The notes below the pieces were generated by a model, which made no database searches, was not told the origin of the DNA, and was given only the letters and a program-made list of their open reading frames with translations. Source: Takakia lepidozioides (taxonomy: Eukaryota; Plantae; Bryophyta). From it: a stretch of DNA of 64,000 nucleotides. Position 1 is the first letter of the stretch; each line of letters opens with the position of its first letter. The translations under genes were made by a program, and so were the position numbers. This document shows, one piece after another, positions 36,753-51,191 of this stretch. The stretch spans positions 3,534,001 through 3,598,000 of the forward strand of contig CM060731.1 in NCBI GenBank assembly GCA_030704615.1, written 5' to 3'.

Positions 36753-38949
36753 ATGTATAACAGGGGCCACTCAGATCCTTACAATCCATACCCGAGTGCC
36801 CCGGTCTATGAGGAGGAGCACCGGCGTCGCAATGAAGAGTATCCCCCGCAAAGCCCTCCCAAGCACGAGAGTCATCACCAAACTCATTCCGGACCAGCTC
36901 CTCCCAATCAGGAATACTACAATGCGTATGACGAGCCGAGCCGTCGAACGCAAGAGCACAATCGTGCGCAGTACGATTCTGCTCCCCATGGAGCTGCTCA
37001 TGCAGTAGATTCTCACTCTGGAGGAGACTATTCAGCGCCTCAGCATGCCCCGCCGTATGCAACCAGCCAGTATGAGGGGGGGAGACCAGCGCCTCGGTAT
37101 GAGACAGCTTCTTACGATGCTGGGAGAACGCAGGAAGCAAGGAGGTCGTCAGATGAGTACTCTGCAGGCCCGTACAGTGGGGGGAGACCCACGACTCACC
37201 ACGAGTCTGGTACTCATAGCAGCGGGCTTGAGAATTCCTCGGGTCAGTTTCCTGCTTGCTTTTGGTTGGCCAGCGGAGGATGTGATGCCTACTTCAGGAT
37301 TACATTGCACTCTTTTCGACTTGCTTTTTGATAGTCCGAACTGACTAAGTAGATGTTCTCTGTGGTCTCTCTAGTCTATGCAGAATGTCTTGCATTTCGT
37401 GCGAGAAGTCCTTCTAGGCTGTGGAAGTGGCCAGTGTAAGGGTGCGCAGAATGTTGCTTTCTTGTGTGACTCTGGTTCTCTCTGTGGTCTCGCTAGTCTA
37501 TGCAGAATGTCTTGCATTTCGTGCGAGAAGTCCTTCTAGGCTGTGGGAGTGGCAAGTGTAAGGGGGCGCAGAATGTTGCTTTTTCGTGTGACTTCGGCGA
37601 AACTGGGCAATTGTGATCGAGCATCCACAAATGAGCTGGTTTCCGCTTGTGTATGTCACAGTAAAGGTCTCGATCTGATTTCGGTAGGAGAATTTCTGTG
37701 AGAAGATTCAACGTCCTATAACGAGCCATGTCCGTTTTGAATCAAAATTGTGTGCAGGTCCGTACGGAACAAGTGCTCACCAAACCTCACCCTATGCAAA
37801 TGCCCCCTCCCATAGGACTGGTGCTGGAGCTGTGACTCACGGGACAACCATTCCTGGGGAGACTGTCAAGATATATTGTAAAGCTAATCCTAATTTCCTC
37901 TTGGGGGTTCGGCCTCGAGAAGGGGTTGTCATGATGCCAGCCAACCCCCATGACGATTATCAGGTCCTTTGCCTTACACTCCTGCTTCTCAGGAAAATTC
38001 AGTAGTTCAGTGAAAGCTTGGTCGTCTATGATGCGACTTGAAGACAAAATGGAGACATCACTAATTGTTTTCCTCTCGATTGATGATCCATGTTTTTCCT
38101 ATTTGGTTTAACATTGTTTCCACTCTAATTGCTTCCAACTCATTGTAAGAGTGGTATGTGCAGTTTGTTTTGGGGATTGATAGGGTGTGTGCATGCCGGG
38201 TCCAGTTATGGATACAGGATGAGTCTATGTCCACGCGCATCAAGGATTCAACTGGGGCCCCCTCCTTCGCCCTTGTCAACAAGGCCACCCGCCAAGCCTT
38301 GTGCCATCCTCCAGAAGACAGTCAGCAGGTAAGCCTCCGGACCTCCTACTGGCAGGAGAGTGGAGGGTAAATGTTCCTTTGCAAATGAGCTGCCTCAGGA
38401 CTTTGGAGGTGTGTGTCTTGCCAAGAAGTGCCACAGTAATGTGTGATAGTAAACCTCATGCGGTCTTTATCAGCCGCGGTCTCAATGCACGAAGAAGCCT
38501 TGCCCATATCTGTGTCTACTTGCATTGATGTGCTGCAACTGTTGTGGGTGGATGATCTTCCAGTGACAAGGCAATGAGCATAAGTAGGCATGTTTTCATT
38601 GAAAATATCTTGCTGAGTGCTGGCTTTACAAAGGAAGAACCACAAAGAAAAGGAAAAGCTTTGGTAGATTTCGAATAAAGCCTGATAGAAGAGGGATTTT
38701 TTGTTGGAGGGCCAGGTATTGCTGGCAGACTACACACCCCGCGTACTAAATGAGTCATTATTGTGGACTCAGAGTGAGGACATGGGGGACGGGTATCATT
38801 GTATTCGAATGGCCAACAAGATTACATCCAATTTGGATGCACTGCAGGGAGACAAAAAGTCTGGGGGTGTGAAAGATGGCACGCCTGCAATTTTGTTCAA
38901 GTGGAAGAAGCAGGAAAATCAGATTTGGAAAATTGTCCCTGTTTTGTGA
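36753..38949 (+). CDS. Euonymus-lectin (EUL, ricin B-like; EULS3/OSR40 type) with a long disordered His/Pro/Tyr-rich N-terminus
   Basis: Exons 36753-37242, 37758-37963, 38206-38328, 38716-38949. Motifs TVKIYCKANPNF, DDYQLWIQDESMSTRIKDSTGAPSFALVNKAT, LWTQSEDMGDGYHCIRM, GDKKSGGVKDGT, NQIWKIVP. Confidence 0.93.
37355..37592. repeat. Two-copy 122-bp tandem duplication in lectin intron 1
   Basis: CTAGTCTATGCAGAATGTCTTGCATTTCGTGCGAGAAGTCC... occurs at 37371 and 37493. Confidence 0.92.
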
Positions 38950-41608
38950 GTCGTTTGTTTCTCTTAGAAATTTCCCAGGCATTTTTACATAACGGCTTGC
39001 TTACAGATCCTGCTTCTGGGGTTGGCTGTCACCCTTGTAAAGCACTCTGCAATCTCAAACTAAGGATTGTGAAGCTTGAGGGGTGAACTTTTCGGTGGCG
39101 AACTTAATCAGGGACCCTAGAGAAAGAGCTCCTTGTCAGGCCTGCGTCCATGTTCTGGGCTAGTCATTGAATGGTGAAGCCTACCTTTTGAATAATGCAG
39201 ATGAGGCGATGCTGAGTACTCGTGACATTGATGGTTATGCCAGCATGGGGACTGTTGGCATGGATCTAGAGGACCTGATAGGATTGCATGTTGAGCCGTA
39301 GAATAAGTGAAATTTGTCATCTCAGTCGTTTATGAGGGTTATTAGGCAGTTGCATGTTTCCTGCCGGTGTTTTCTGTGTTATTATTGAATTGTGTTATCA
39401 GACAGATGTATGTCCATAAAAAACTCAGTTTCTGGTCAGTAGAGTTTCTGAAGGGTGTTCTATAATAAGAGTACACTCATCCTTGTCCTTCTCATAACCC
39501 CACCTCCAGTGTCTTGTAGCCTAAGTTCTGTCTGTCTCTCTTTACATGTTTGCTGTAGCAAACAATGTCAGATGAGTAGATTGTGTACATGTTTGCCAGC
39601 TACTACATGTAGAGGGATATTGTCAATTGAACCCACAGAAATTGCATAGAAAGATCACGGCACAGCAGACTTGGAGAAGGGTACAGTAAGAAGGGTCAGT
39701 AGGTTGCAAGATAAAAGTTTCATTCATACACCTGCGCTTGTAATTGCCGAATAGTTTATGCAGAATGATGTGACTATCAATCTATGACGGGAAGTGCCGA
39801 TTCTGAAATGCTTTATGCATAAGATATGCATGGTTCACAACTGCCAATGTCCAGTTGTGGTGGCCAAGATGCAGTATTGAGCTGCTACCTTAATACTCTT
39901 ATTGAACACTAATTTGTCTGACCATTGGCTGTGTAGAGCTGTATTTCTGTAAATTGCTGGACCTTTATCTTTCCTCTAGATTGCTGCAAATGGCAAGTGC
40001 AGGAGCAAACCTAGTTTTCATCAAGTTTGTGTTTGGATGTTCAATTTTGAGTGGAAAAATTAGCTGGGCAACAAGGTGAGATATGCAACACATGAATCAT
40101 GCAAGATGGAGTTTTTCAGCTTCTAATTGTTACCAAATGAAGTCCTTTCGTCCGTTCAGTTCTTCCCTTTTGATTTTCAAGTACTTGCACCCTCTGATGA
40201 ATTACGATAAGGACCTTCATTCAAATCTGGTCCTTGTAATCTGTGTGCTTCCAAGCCATGAGGATGCAACACACTTGCGTGCTATGATCAAACACTCGGC
40301 TGCAGCTTCTCTCTCTGCGCGCTAAACACAGCGCCACATATTTGTGTACAATCAAACCTGCGCACAATCTTGTCTTCGGTAGCCCGCCAGCAAAGTATGC
40401 AACTTGTTCCTCTAGTCCACTTCAAAAGTTCTCTTGTTCTTTTTCCATGACTGTCCAAGCTTCTGAAATGAAAGAAAAATGCAAGAGTGCCAGTTGAAAA
40501 CTTGGGAATGCTTGTCCCTTTGAAAATGCTTCCAGTGATTAACTCAATTTGTCTTTGGCAGTCAGAGTAGTTAAGGGATAAACTTATAAACTTGTAGACC
40601 ACAACTTCACTTTCAATTGTACATTATTCATGGTCGCATCAGACATGGCCTGCAGATCCCTTCGTTCTCACTGCTAGTGCCATCCGGTTCAATATCAGAC
40701 TTGGCCAGCAATACTCATTTTCCTGTTGATATTTGACCTTTGGAATATGCATGTCGCAGGTTGTTTGGGTGGAGGTGAAACCAAGAGGGCATCCAGGCTT
40801 ATCACCCTAAAGGAGAAAATCAGAATTAGCCTAACTTTGACTTTGGAAGTTGCAAGACTGGGGGGGACCCTTATACAGAATTGCAATCACAAATGGAGAA
40901 AATCCAACATGTCAACTTGTGAATCAACTTATGAATTGCCAAATCAAAATTTTAACATGTGAACTTGCAGCCAAGTAGAAAAACTCTCTGTAAGTCACAA
41001 TTTAATCATCAAGAAACCAAATGGATTTCTATGGCTTCATTCCTGAAAACTGCTGGAACCTGTTATCTACTGTTTCATGCTAAAATACAGTCATGAAGAT
41101 ACAAATCGGTCTTGAAGTGATCAGTCAACCCTGTGCTTCAGGTTGTGGAGAGTCTACTTGGCCACAGAGGGATGAGTGACAAATAATTTGACGAATGAGA
41201 GAAGAAGAAAAGCATCAGGACCTCCACAGGTCCCAGAAACATTGTGAGCATGTGGAGGGAGAACATGTTCTCCCACAGAAAAAAGAACGGAGAGGAAGAA
41301 AGAAAGACTTCATAACGACCACAGGAAGCCAAAGAGCTTATGTGAGTGGTGACTATTCCTGACTATTCCTTGGTTTGTGATGGCCTGGCAGCTACAGGGC
41401 CCACAGGTTCCTCACCTTTTCAGTACAAATTGTGGGTTGAGATTGAAGTTGAGATTAAGGTTTGAGAGAGAAATGAGGTGCAATGGTACATTAGTGAGAG
41501 AGAATGTACCCATAAGACGTTGTTTGCCATAGCCTTGTGGCCATAGACCCAGGTTGGGTGGAACACAGAGAGACAGAGAGAGGAGCCTGAAGGTGTATTA
41601 TGGCCTTT

Positions 41609-44600
41609 CTAGGCTATTCTTCGAAACCATGAAAGAACCTTGCTGAGTCCTTGGTCCAGGAACACTGAACGCCTCTCCAACCCTGCCATGCAACCACATC
41701 CAGCACACACAAGATAAGCACACACAAGAGACGCATATGCAATTCTTCCTCACCATTGTATGCAAGGGTGTGGAGAAGAGAGGTTCATTACCAAGATCAG
41801 CAGCTACACGATGTGCACACATGGTGCCTGAGAAAGCCACAGCTATGACACCTTGGCCTGGGAAACAACTGTCTCCAACACAATATAGCCCATCCACTGC
41901 CTGCAGACAGCAACCATTTTGTTGTCAAATTCCACATGGAGACTCGACTACTCCAAACTTGTATATTATTCTCTCTTGATTTCTATTCCCACTGTGTAGT
42001 CTTTGGTCTTGTCTGTCTCTATCTCCTGGCTTCTTTCTCAAGGGATGATGTAGTTGCTCAGAAAAATTCCAGCTTAGTGACAACCCTTGGTGAGTTACAG
42101 CCCCACAAACTCAAGGATTTCTCACGGCTGGACCATGGTTTGATGGGTATAACATATCCATCTTTGCAATTAACAGTCAATTGAGTACATCTATCAGAGC
42201 TTGAAGGTTTGCTTGAAAGTGCGCCTGGCAGTTGGATACTAGTAGTACAAAACCTCTGAGGTCCTTTAGTAGATGGCTGCTCCAATATGAAACTGCAATG
42301 TTGCTGTCCTTCACTTGCAACTATTCCATTCATTTTTTTCCAATTACAGTAAAAACTCAATCATGAGAAATGGACTCTATGGGCTGTGAAAGAGCTAGGA
42401 CAGTTTCATACTGAGAATGTTACCCAACCAAGAGGGGTTTCTTCTGAGGGGTCAGATGCAAGACTAGGGCATATTTGGAATGCAAGCCTCATTATGCCCT
42501 GAGTGAGGACTCAAGTGCAAATCTCGCTACTTACATCTCTGTCTTTCCCTTCCCAAGATATGCAACAATGCAGAAAATAAAATTAAAAAACAATGCAAGC
42601 ATAATACAAATTCTGGCACATATTTAGACCTGGGGACACCCAAGTGGCGAAACCATTTTGCAATCTAACCTCCAAGCTTTTTGCCCTTGGTGGATCTATC
42701 CACTCAATGTGGTTTCAAAACCTGAACTACAGAGGACTAAGGCGGGATCCCAATATACTGGTTTGGAGGCGAGTTTCATGAACATCTAGGTCAGCTGAAT
42801 AGTGACACTGGTGAGTTCCAATTCCAGAAGTGTGATAAGAGAAAGCTACTGCCTTTCTCATTTACTCGAATACATTCAGTTCTGTTTGGTTTCTGACAAA
42901 ATACTCCATGGACTTACCAGTAACTTCAGGATAGAATGTATACCTCAAGTATGAGGTCTGATGTGAAAACAAAGAAAGTAGTGCATTTTCATATTGACAC
43001 AAAACTGATATTGAAATTTTACTTCTAAAATTGAATGCTTGAGGGTGGAGTTACTGTCCTTACCGTGGTATTGAAGGGCATGCCAAGCAAGCCTTTTGGC
43101 CTGCCTGCTGGAATGGGTCCATAAGTGCCATCCTCCCTTGCCAAGTATCGCCGATGTGTCCTTGGTGTCCCCACCTGTTATTTTCAAACGACCCTTCAGA
43201 TGCATATGTTTCTGAATATTAAGCATTGATTTCCTCCCTCATACTAACTCATAGCATATAGCGATCACCCAGTTCTGGACAAGTGCATCATATGAGGCTC
43301 ACAAAACACAGAATTGCTGGGATCTGCTGCGAATGCTTCATTCTGTTGGCTGAACAATATTAACGCTTGTTTCTTAACTCGCTAGACTGCTGAATAACGG
43401 CATGCTAAGCCCAAAGTTTTGCGCACAAGGCAGTTTTCTATAATCTTTTCATTCAGGAAGCCCCACAAAATATTCTCGATTGCATTCGTTGCCTTTTAAC
43501 ATGCAGAAAAGAAAGAAAAGAGCCAAACCACATAGAGAGCTGGAGAAGCCATCAAACAAGTTAGCTTAATCTAGTTTGTAGATGGAAAGTACCTCACGCA
43601 ACGTAGTAGCGGCCTTAAGACCTGGAAATAAAGTGTGCTCCAGTCTCTCGACAATTTTGTCAGCCACTGCTTCTTTTTTCTCAACATACTCAGCAGGTGA
43701 AAGACCCTGCTCTCACCACAAGTTATTAGTCTGCACCATGAAGGGTTTAAATTCACATTTTTGGGTGCAGCTTAACTGCTTGGGTATGAGCATTCTTCTA
43801 TGCTGTCATAGTTTCTCTTAGGATTTCCATAAACTCATAACAACCCAAAGGAAAGCCATCAGCAGGTGATGAAGAGAAGGAAGAAGAATTGAATGCATCG
43901 ACTTGAAGTCAACAATCAAGGCAATGTTTATTACCTGCCAATCATCAATCCATGCTGTGGTAAAAACGTGGAGAATGTGGTGGCCAGGTGGTGCTAATGA
44001 GGTGTCCAATAATGTGGGAATACTCAGGAATATAGTTCCATAGGGCTCTTCCATTCTTGCCCACTCGTCCTGTACTCAACGAGTCAAATTGTCAGCTTCA
44101 ATTACATGAGAAACAAAAGCATGCATTTCTCCCAAAATTCACCCCATCAAACCACACACACAGCTGATTCAGGCAACAGAGAGGGAAAGATAGAAGACTC
44201 CGGCCAAAGCCAGAGTAAATAAGAGGCACTTCTCCTAGCGAGCTAGGGTACTGCCCTGGTCGGGGGTGGGCCCTATGACTGATGCAATAGTAAATGGTGT
44301 GACACATATACAAGAAAGAGAAATGAGAAATGACCAACAGACCTCCAGCACAAGATGATGGCAATCTGTTCCAGTGGGAATAACATCTGCCTTCACACCC
44401 ATGTGAATTGATAGAAATGAGGGGGACTTCTGGTATAGCTTTTGAAAATTTCTCTCCTCTTCTGGCATGTTCTCTGGCTTCAGCAACTTTTCTGCACATT
44501 TCCATGACAATCTGTACCTTATGCTTCTGCTCATATATGTATGCTTGGTTGCAACCAAGGATGACATGCAAGAAACAGCAGGAATTTTGAGTTACTGAAG

Positions 44601-47600
44601 TTGACTACATTGTTCCTTTCTACCACAGTGGCTTATCATGGACAGAAAAGCTGCCTTAGGTGGGGAGGCAAGTCAAAGAGGTGTTACAAAGCTGAGAAAC
44701 AAGGTCATTATATAAGAGTCTGACACTACAGTATTGAATTTCTCTCTATATATCTCTCTTGTATGTTGTTCTTTCTCCTGAGCCCCCATAACCAGATCTT
44801 GTCCTCTGTGCAACTGAACCCATCTCAGGCTAACATTCATATTCAAGTGAGTTAAAAACCCTGTAACTGGCCCTTGGAGGGCTAGTTTTCAACAGGCATA
44901 TTCGTTAAATAGTACACATGGCACAATAACGTACATCTCTTCTCCCTCTCTCTAACACACATTTAATAAATAGTCAAGAAGCCTTTTAAGAGACCTGTGG
45001 ATTAAGTGAAAAGCGCCTGCTTACCAAAAGTATCCCATCTGGTTGCATTTGAGATGACTTTCTTTGCCCGCAGAGTCCGCCCATCAGAGAGTTGCACTCC
45101 CACCTGCACCCACCACAACTCCAGTTCTCAGCACCACAACTAAGATTGACCTAACACCCTCATAATATTCCTACGAATACTCCTATCTTATAATGAGTCC
45201 AGCTTTAGGCCTCTCTATTACTACAAGCATGTAGTGGTGACATTAATGCTTGTAATCTCTTGCTTCACTGCCAAGGAAGACACAAATGTCTTCCTTGCAG
45301 CAACCATAAGGGGACACTTGATAACAAAAGCTCAGGACTTCCCGAGTGAATCTTCTTCCACAGCTGAGAAAGGAGAGGGCAGTTGAGGAGAAAATGTCTG
45401 ACCGCTTTGCCATCTTGCACAAGGATTTGTTTGACATTGGCCTTGTATTGTATCTCTCCACCCTTCTCAACTAGCCCATCAGCGAGCTCCCTTGCAATGC
45501 GTCCTACCCCTCCCACTGGGTAATTGACTCCTCCATAGTGCCTATCACATACAACCTGCCACAGCAATAAGTGACTTTTAGGCAAGACTCACAAGGAAGA
45601 GAGGAATTTAGTACAAATTATGTACATCATACAACATAATTAAAAGAGGCACTCTTAGATGTCTGCAAAGACAGAGGACTATATCCGGCCAATGCAAATT
45701 AGAGAGTTCTCAAAACTTGTACACAAACAAACACAGTGGTCTATATCATGGAGAGCTTGAAGTTAGGAGTACCATGCTTGCATTAATCATGGGAGTCCGG
45801 CAAGCGTTCACGGTGCTCACAAGAAAGCACTGCACATCCATCCAGTAGTCTGCACATCATATCATTAACACCATACCCTCCCCCTACTGGCTTTATGGAT
45901 GACTCGGCCCTGTTATGAAGAGACAAAAGTTGGTCAAACAACAACAATACAATCTCTATCATGCCAGCTATATCCCAACAGATGTGAACAGGGATAAGGT
46001 TCTGCAACAGCTAGCACTCACCTCGGTGTCAATGAAAAACAAAAGATCCGGATCCTTGATATATTTTCGTGCAAGATCTCCTGCATTCTGAGGCAGATAA
46101 AAGGCTGCGACAACCATGAAAATCAAGTGGTCAGTTGAGATGACCTAAGATGAGGGAAGTAGAGAAAATGTTTGCTGGAGCCGTTTACTTTGAAGGGAGC
46201 TGAGAGAAAGAGAGAGAATTCTCCTTTAAGAGACAATGATCTTTCAAAAGTATTAGAGCGAGAATGTGAGGGGCTCACTCCAGTAGTGGGACTTACTTTG
46301 ATCTAAACAATTAGTTCGGAATTTCCTGATTTCCTCTAGAAAGAGGCAATTAGACCCCAACAGGGCCAAGGCCTTAGGCTTAGCCTCGAGATTTTGAAAG
46401 TTGGTGAACAGAGGTGTAGGGACTATGTTCTTGATGGTCCTGAAGAGCGTCGCTCTCTGATGAGAATACCCCGGACATTCTATTATAAAATGGATACTGT
46501 CTTCAGGACACCCGAAGATCGGGCATGGACAATCTCCCTTTCCTCTCTGCATCTGTTTAGTATTCAAAGGTAGACTCCCAACCCCGAGTTCAAATCTCAG
46601 TCTAGTGCAAAGCGTAGATAGCCCCTTCAGATCATCCTTGAGGTCCTCACCCATGTCACAAACTACTCAACAAAGTACAAGAGCAAAAGCAAGTCTAGTT
46701 TCCATTTACATACATTGGCCATGATACATACCGAGCGTCAAACAAGCAACAGGGTTGCGGAAGAATTGGCCAAACAAGTACAGGGGCTCCTCCAATGACT
46801 TTAGCTCCAGGGAATTCAATGCATTATAAACCTGTCATATCAATCTTCTATTAGTGAGTTTTGTCTGGGTGTGCACGGCCCTAAGGCTTGCCAGTTAGTA
46901 AATTCAATCACTCAATCATTAGGTAGATTGAAAGGTGCACCTTGTTGCAAACTATTTGACGAAGGAGGTTTAATGACATGATAGCAATTTGGAAAGAAGA
47001 ACCTCAGATTTTCATCATAAAAGTCAATTTGCTTTCGTGAACCAGACATCAGCCTAGAACAGAAAGGACATCAATGAGGTCCTCGAGATGTGAGCTCCAC
47101 CAACACTTTGAGATGGTCTGGAGAAACTACTGTGACTGCTCATCCAGTGTCAGATCTACACAGAAGTGCTTAGTATTGTGTCCTTGGGAGGCCTGAAGGG
47201 CAAACAGGGAGAGAAAGAAAAGAACGTTATCACGTCCACAGAGTGCCACAGGGGCCCATGAGACAACTTGGAACAAACCAAGGAATGCTTGACAATACAC
47301 CAAGTGTTGCCTGAAGATGAAATGCCTCAACCAGATAGGCCATATGGCACTTTAGATCTTGAAAGCTGAAGGCCTCAAATTCAGGCAGTACAAACATTTC
47401 CATATCATCCTCTAAACCCCGCCAAAGATTCCGAAGCTCTAAGAGACAATTGTACCTCCCTCAGATCTCATAGTATAAAAGACATCACGACCCATTTTCC
47501 ATGTCAACTGCAGCCTGTGAGAGCCAACATGGAGAAAGAATGAAACTTTATAATGTCCAATGGTGACTAGAGAGAGAGAGAGAATGTACTCATAAGACGT

Positions 47601-47652
47601 TGTTTTCTGTAGCCTTGTGGCCATTGACTCTGCGCTCAGTTTGAGCGGAACA

Positions 47653-47684
<32 letters not shown>

Positions 47685-48908
47685 GCATTGACTGTAGAAG
47701 CTGCGAATGCCTGCTTCCTCATGAGGAAACCGACCGATCAGTTCTGTCAGAAAGTCCTCATACTCACGGTACACCTGAACAGAGAGGCCACCAGGCAGGT
47801 GGTAGTGCACTGTGGTAGGGTCTGCAATCACCTCAATCTTTCGACCCAAAGCCGCCAGCGACTTTGTTATCAAATTGATATTACCCTGTTTCATGGGACA
47901 ATCAGCAAGCTCTCAGATGACAATATTTGCAAGAAGATGATTGATAGTTTAAGCACAGCCTCTTCACATGTGGGTACAGAACTATAGTGAATTTCAGAAA
48001 TTTCCTGTGATGGTGGGGTTTTATCCTGTGCATTTCCTTTCACAGCATCCTGAGTAAAAGGGCCAGATACACCTATATATAGAGCAGCCGATGGACTGAT
48101 TTCGGCTCTCACCTCCTCCCTTGGAAAAGTGAAGGTCAAACTCTTGTTTGTAGAGACTAACACTAACTCTGGCATTATTCTGATTTTAGGTGACGCAGAA
48201 GTCACCCTCTTGGGAGAGGCTGCGGAACTGTTCAGGCGTCCTTCATCAGACCTTCTTGACCTTCTACTGGGCATTGAGTGCTTGCAGAGTACAGTGGGCT
48301 AACTAAGTCAATGTGCTTGCATAGTTCTCTCAATCACCGTACGTTATACATTATGTTGTGTGGTCCTATGTAAGAGATTTTAGCAGGGGCCTGGCAATTG
48401 AGCACCATCCCCAACACATTGATATACTCAATTCTAGGTTGCAAGAAAGGGTGCGAAAGACCTTATCACCGAATCCAAACATGACAGAAGATCCGACATC
48501 GAAGGTGTAGCCATCTCTTTGAAAATAGCCAGAGCTTCCCCCGGGAATCACGTACTTCTCCAGAAGTAAGACCTGCGCACCCCGAATGGCCAACTGCGTC
48601 GCAGCCACGAGTCCTCCCACGCCCGCTCCGATCACAATTGCATCATACTCTACATTTTCTCGTGTTGCAGTGGCTTCTTTTGGAGTATATTCTGCTGTTC
48701 CAGCAACCGCGGCAGCTCTGGTCCCGGACAACGTTACCTTCAACTTTTGGCTACACTTTCTTATGAATTCTTTGTTTTTCCGAGTAAGTTGCTGAGGAAT
48801 GTGATACGAGGTCATCCGCGACAAAGAAGAGGAGAGAGGATAGCGCGAGCTGGAGTGAACACAAGGACACAATCTGCCTGGGCAAAGAGTGGAAGACGCC
48901 ATAGCCAT
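41609..48908 (-). CDS. CRTISO: Prolycopene (carotenoid) isomerase, chloroplastic
   Basis: 13 in-frame exons: 48908-48462, 47885-47679, 46831-46732, 46104-46022, 45829-45773, 45555-45403, 45103-45025, 44491-44343, 44069-43935, 43706-43593, 43174-43064, 41900-41792, 41682-41609. FAD motif [20 protein letters not shown], plus [51 protein letters not shown]. Confidence 0.97.
46150..46660 (-). mobile_element. Non-LTR retrotransposon ORF2 C-terminal (zinc-knuckle) fragment in CRTISO intron 3
   Basis: [16 protein letters not shown]...[22 protein letters not shown] matches the C..C..E(D)..H....CP knuckle of LINE ORF2. Boundaries are approximate. Confidence 0.78.
47653..47677. repeat. (AG)n microsatellite abutting the CRTISO exon 2 donor
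   Basis: Seen directly. Confidence 0.95.
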
Positions 48909-50143
48909 TAAGAAATCTCGGGCAAGGATTAGAATCTCAACGCAACTCTTAGCTGCCAAGTACATGCGAGCCGACAAAAAGTTGCGAGGGGATCAGAAGA
49001 GGGGATAAACGGGGGGAAGAATCCTAGAGCTTATTTGGTGATTTCAATAAACGAGAGGTAAAAGGAGGAAAGAGATACAAATGCCAAGAGTAAGACAAAT
49101 GAAACAGCTTCAAAGACTACTTGCAAACATGGTCCTCAAATTTGGGTGAGAGACAAAGATGATAAGAACTCGAGAGCAGGAAAGACAGAGCGATAATCAT
49201 CTCGGAGCTTGAAAGGGATTGCGAAGTAAGGTGATAAGTTGTTGCAGGAATCTCTGACCCCCGAATCCTCCCCACATTCTCGCATTCTTCTTGTCTTCTT
49301 CCTGAGTCTGTCCCTCGCTCTCTCTCTCGCTCTCTCTCTAAATTCACTGGACGTTAAAGAATCTTTATCTTTTTATCTCTTCTCTCTCTCTTTACTAATC
49401 ATCGTATTAATCCAACCTCTCTCACTAATTTAATTCTAACCATATAGTTAATTCACTCATGATACCGATAAATCACATGATTAGTGCTAACCAGACCTGA
49501 TCAGCGTTTATTTATTGACGAATTTTCGCCAGATTTTGATCTCAAAAAATAAAATAGGATATTCTGTCGCAAATTCCCTGATTTTCCGTGGATGAAATCG
49601 CCAAACTTCTCCAAATAAAAAATAAACTATGGATGAATTCTCCAAATATGGATGATATAAATGGATTAATGTACATAGATGGATGATTCTGTCCTAATTT
49701 CAGTAGATGAACAGAATGTACGGCTATTTTTTGCAAAACTCTTGTAGCCACTCGTGGTGCTGTTTTCCACATTTCTTAAAAGAAACGCTGATAAGATAGA
49801 TGGACGGAAACGGAAACGAATGACTTAGTGTGGATGAACAATGTTTCGTAGATGGTAATCTTAAACTTTGGCTAATAGACACGTGGTAGAAGAGTAACAA
49901 GATCCCGCAGCATTGCTGTGGATTTCTGCCACGCGTACGCCTGAGGGCCGAGCTGCTGGCAGAGCACCGTTCCATTTCCACGCATTCAGCTTCTTACTTC
50001 CCCTTCGCTCCTTCGAAGGCAATTTGGGTCAGAGATTGTGCGTGAAGGAAGGTTAGAGAGATTGTGCGTGAAGGATTTTCAATTGCGTTCGGATCAATCT
50101 GTCTCAAGTGGGATTTTGTCGCTGGGTCTGAAAGATTGGTTTT

Positions 50144-51191
50144 ATGACACTGCAAGAGAATTCACGAGGAGCAGAGGAGGAGTATCAAGTCCTGCCACAA
50201 GATGGATCGTATGACCTGCCGCCATATCTACAAAAACGGAGACGTAACAGGATCTGCCAGACGACCTGGCCGATTTATTCAGTCTTAGGCGGTCTGTGCC
50301 TGTTGCTGCTGCTAGTCGGTGCAGGGTTTGTGCTGTGGCCAACGTCGCCTGAGGTGGAAGTGAAGAAATGGAAACTGAATGGGATCAACATTGAGAGCAG
50401 CAAGCAGGAAGGATCGATAATTCCTGTGGTTCAGTTGAATGTAAGCTTGGATTTGTTGCTGGAGATTGAGAATCCTAATTATGCTGGGGTGGTCTATGAT
50501 TCGTTGACCGTGCGAGTGTTGTACAAAGGGTCGGAGATTGGGGAGGTGGAGTCAGAGGGAGGCAGTGTTAGCGCACGCAGCACAGGAAATGTAACTGCCA
50601 CAGTCAACTTAGAAGGAAGAGAAATTCTGGACAATGTTAAGGATCTTCTGATAGACGTTGCCAATCGGGAGCTTCCTTTGACGACCTACACAACAATAAA
50701 TGGAGCGGTGCAGTTGCTCTTCCTTAAGCCGCATATTGAGGTCAGAAGCTCTACCATGTGTGGTAAAACATTTCAGTCCGTAGTGGCATTCGCAAGAAAT
50801 GGAAATTATGTGTTTTCAACGTTACATGTGTAGACACTTTGTCGCTGGATGCTTGCAAGTTCGACCGATCTGGGATGGGGGATCTCTCAATTTTTATTGG
50901 TTGCTAGAGTCAGCGGATGAAGGCAATCGAGTTCTACATGGCATGTATCCTCATGAGGAGTATGGAGTGTCTCCCTGGACAAGGCACCTGCCAGTAGACG
51001 TAGCATTCGCTCAAAGTTGTAGCAACTGCATGGAATGTCGTGCATTAGTAACTAGTTATCAGGACTTGGAATGTGTCGTGCAGGTGACGGTGGCATGCGA
51101 TATTGTGGTAGATCCCAAGGACAAAGAGGTTTTGAGCCAAGATTGCGACCTTGACCTGTTGTCCGAGGGTGGTGCATCAGGTAGGTGGTAA
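50144..51191 (+). CDS. LEA_2 / NDR1-HIN1-like single-pass membrane protein
   Basis: Exons 50144-50740 and 51084-51191. One TM helix followed by WPTSPEVEV, the signature IENPNYAGVVYDSL, and terminal VACDIVVDP...SQDC. Confidence 0.88.

Noticed and set aside
47891-48274. 127-aa ORF in CRTISO intron 1
   Set aside because: No recognisable domain, and CRTISO splices in frame without it.
33471-51191. RAF1-lectin-CRTISO-LEA2 as a functional gene cluster
   Set aside because: The genes act in unrelated pathways, and adjacency alone is not evidence of co-regulation.
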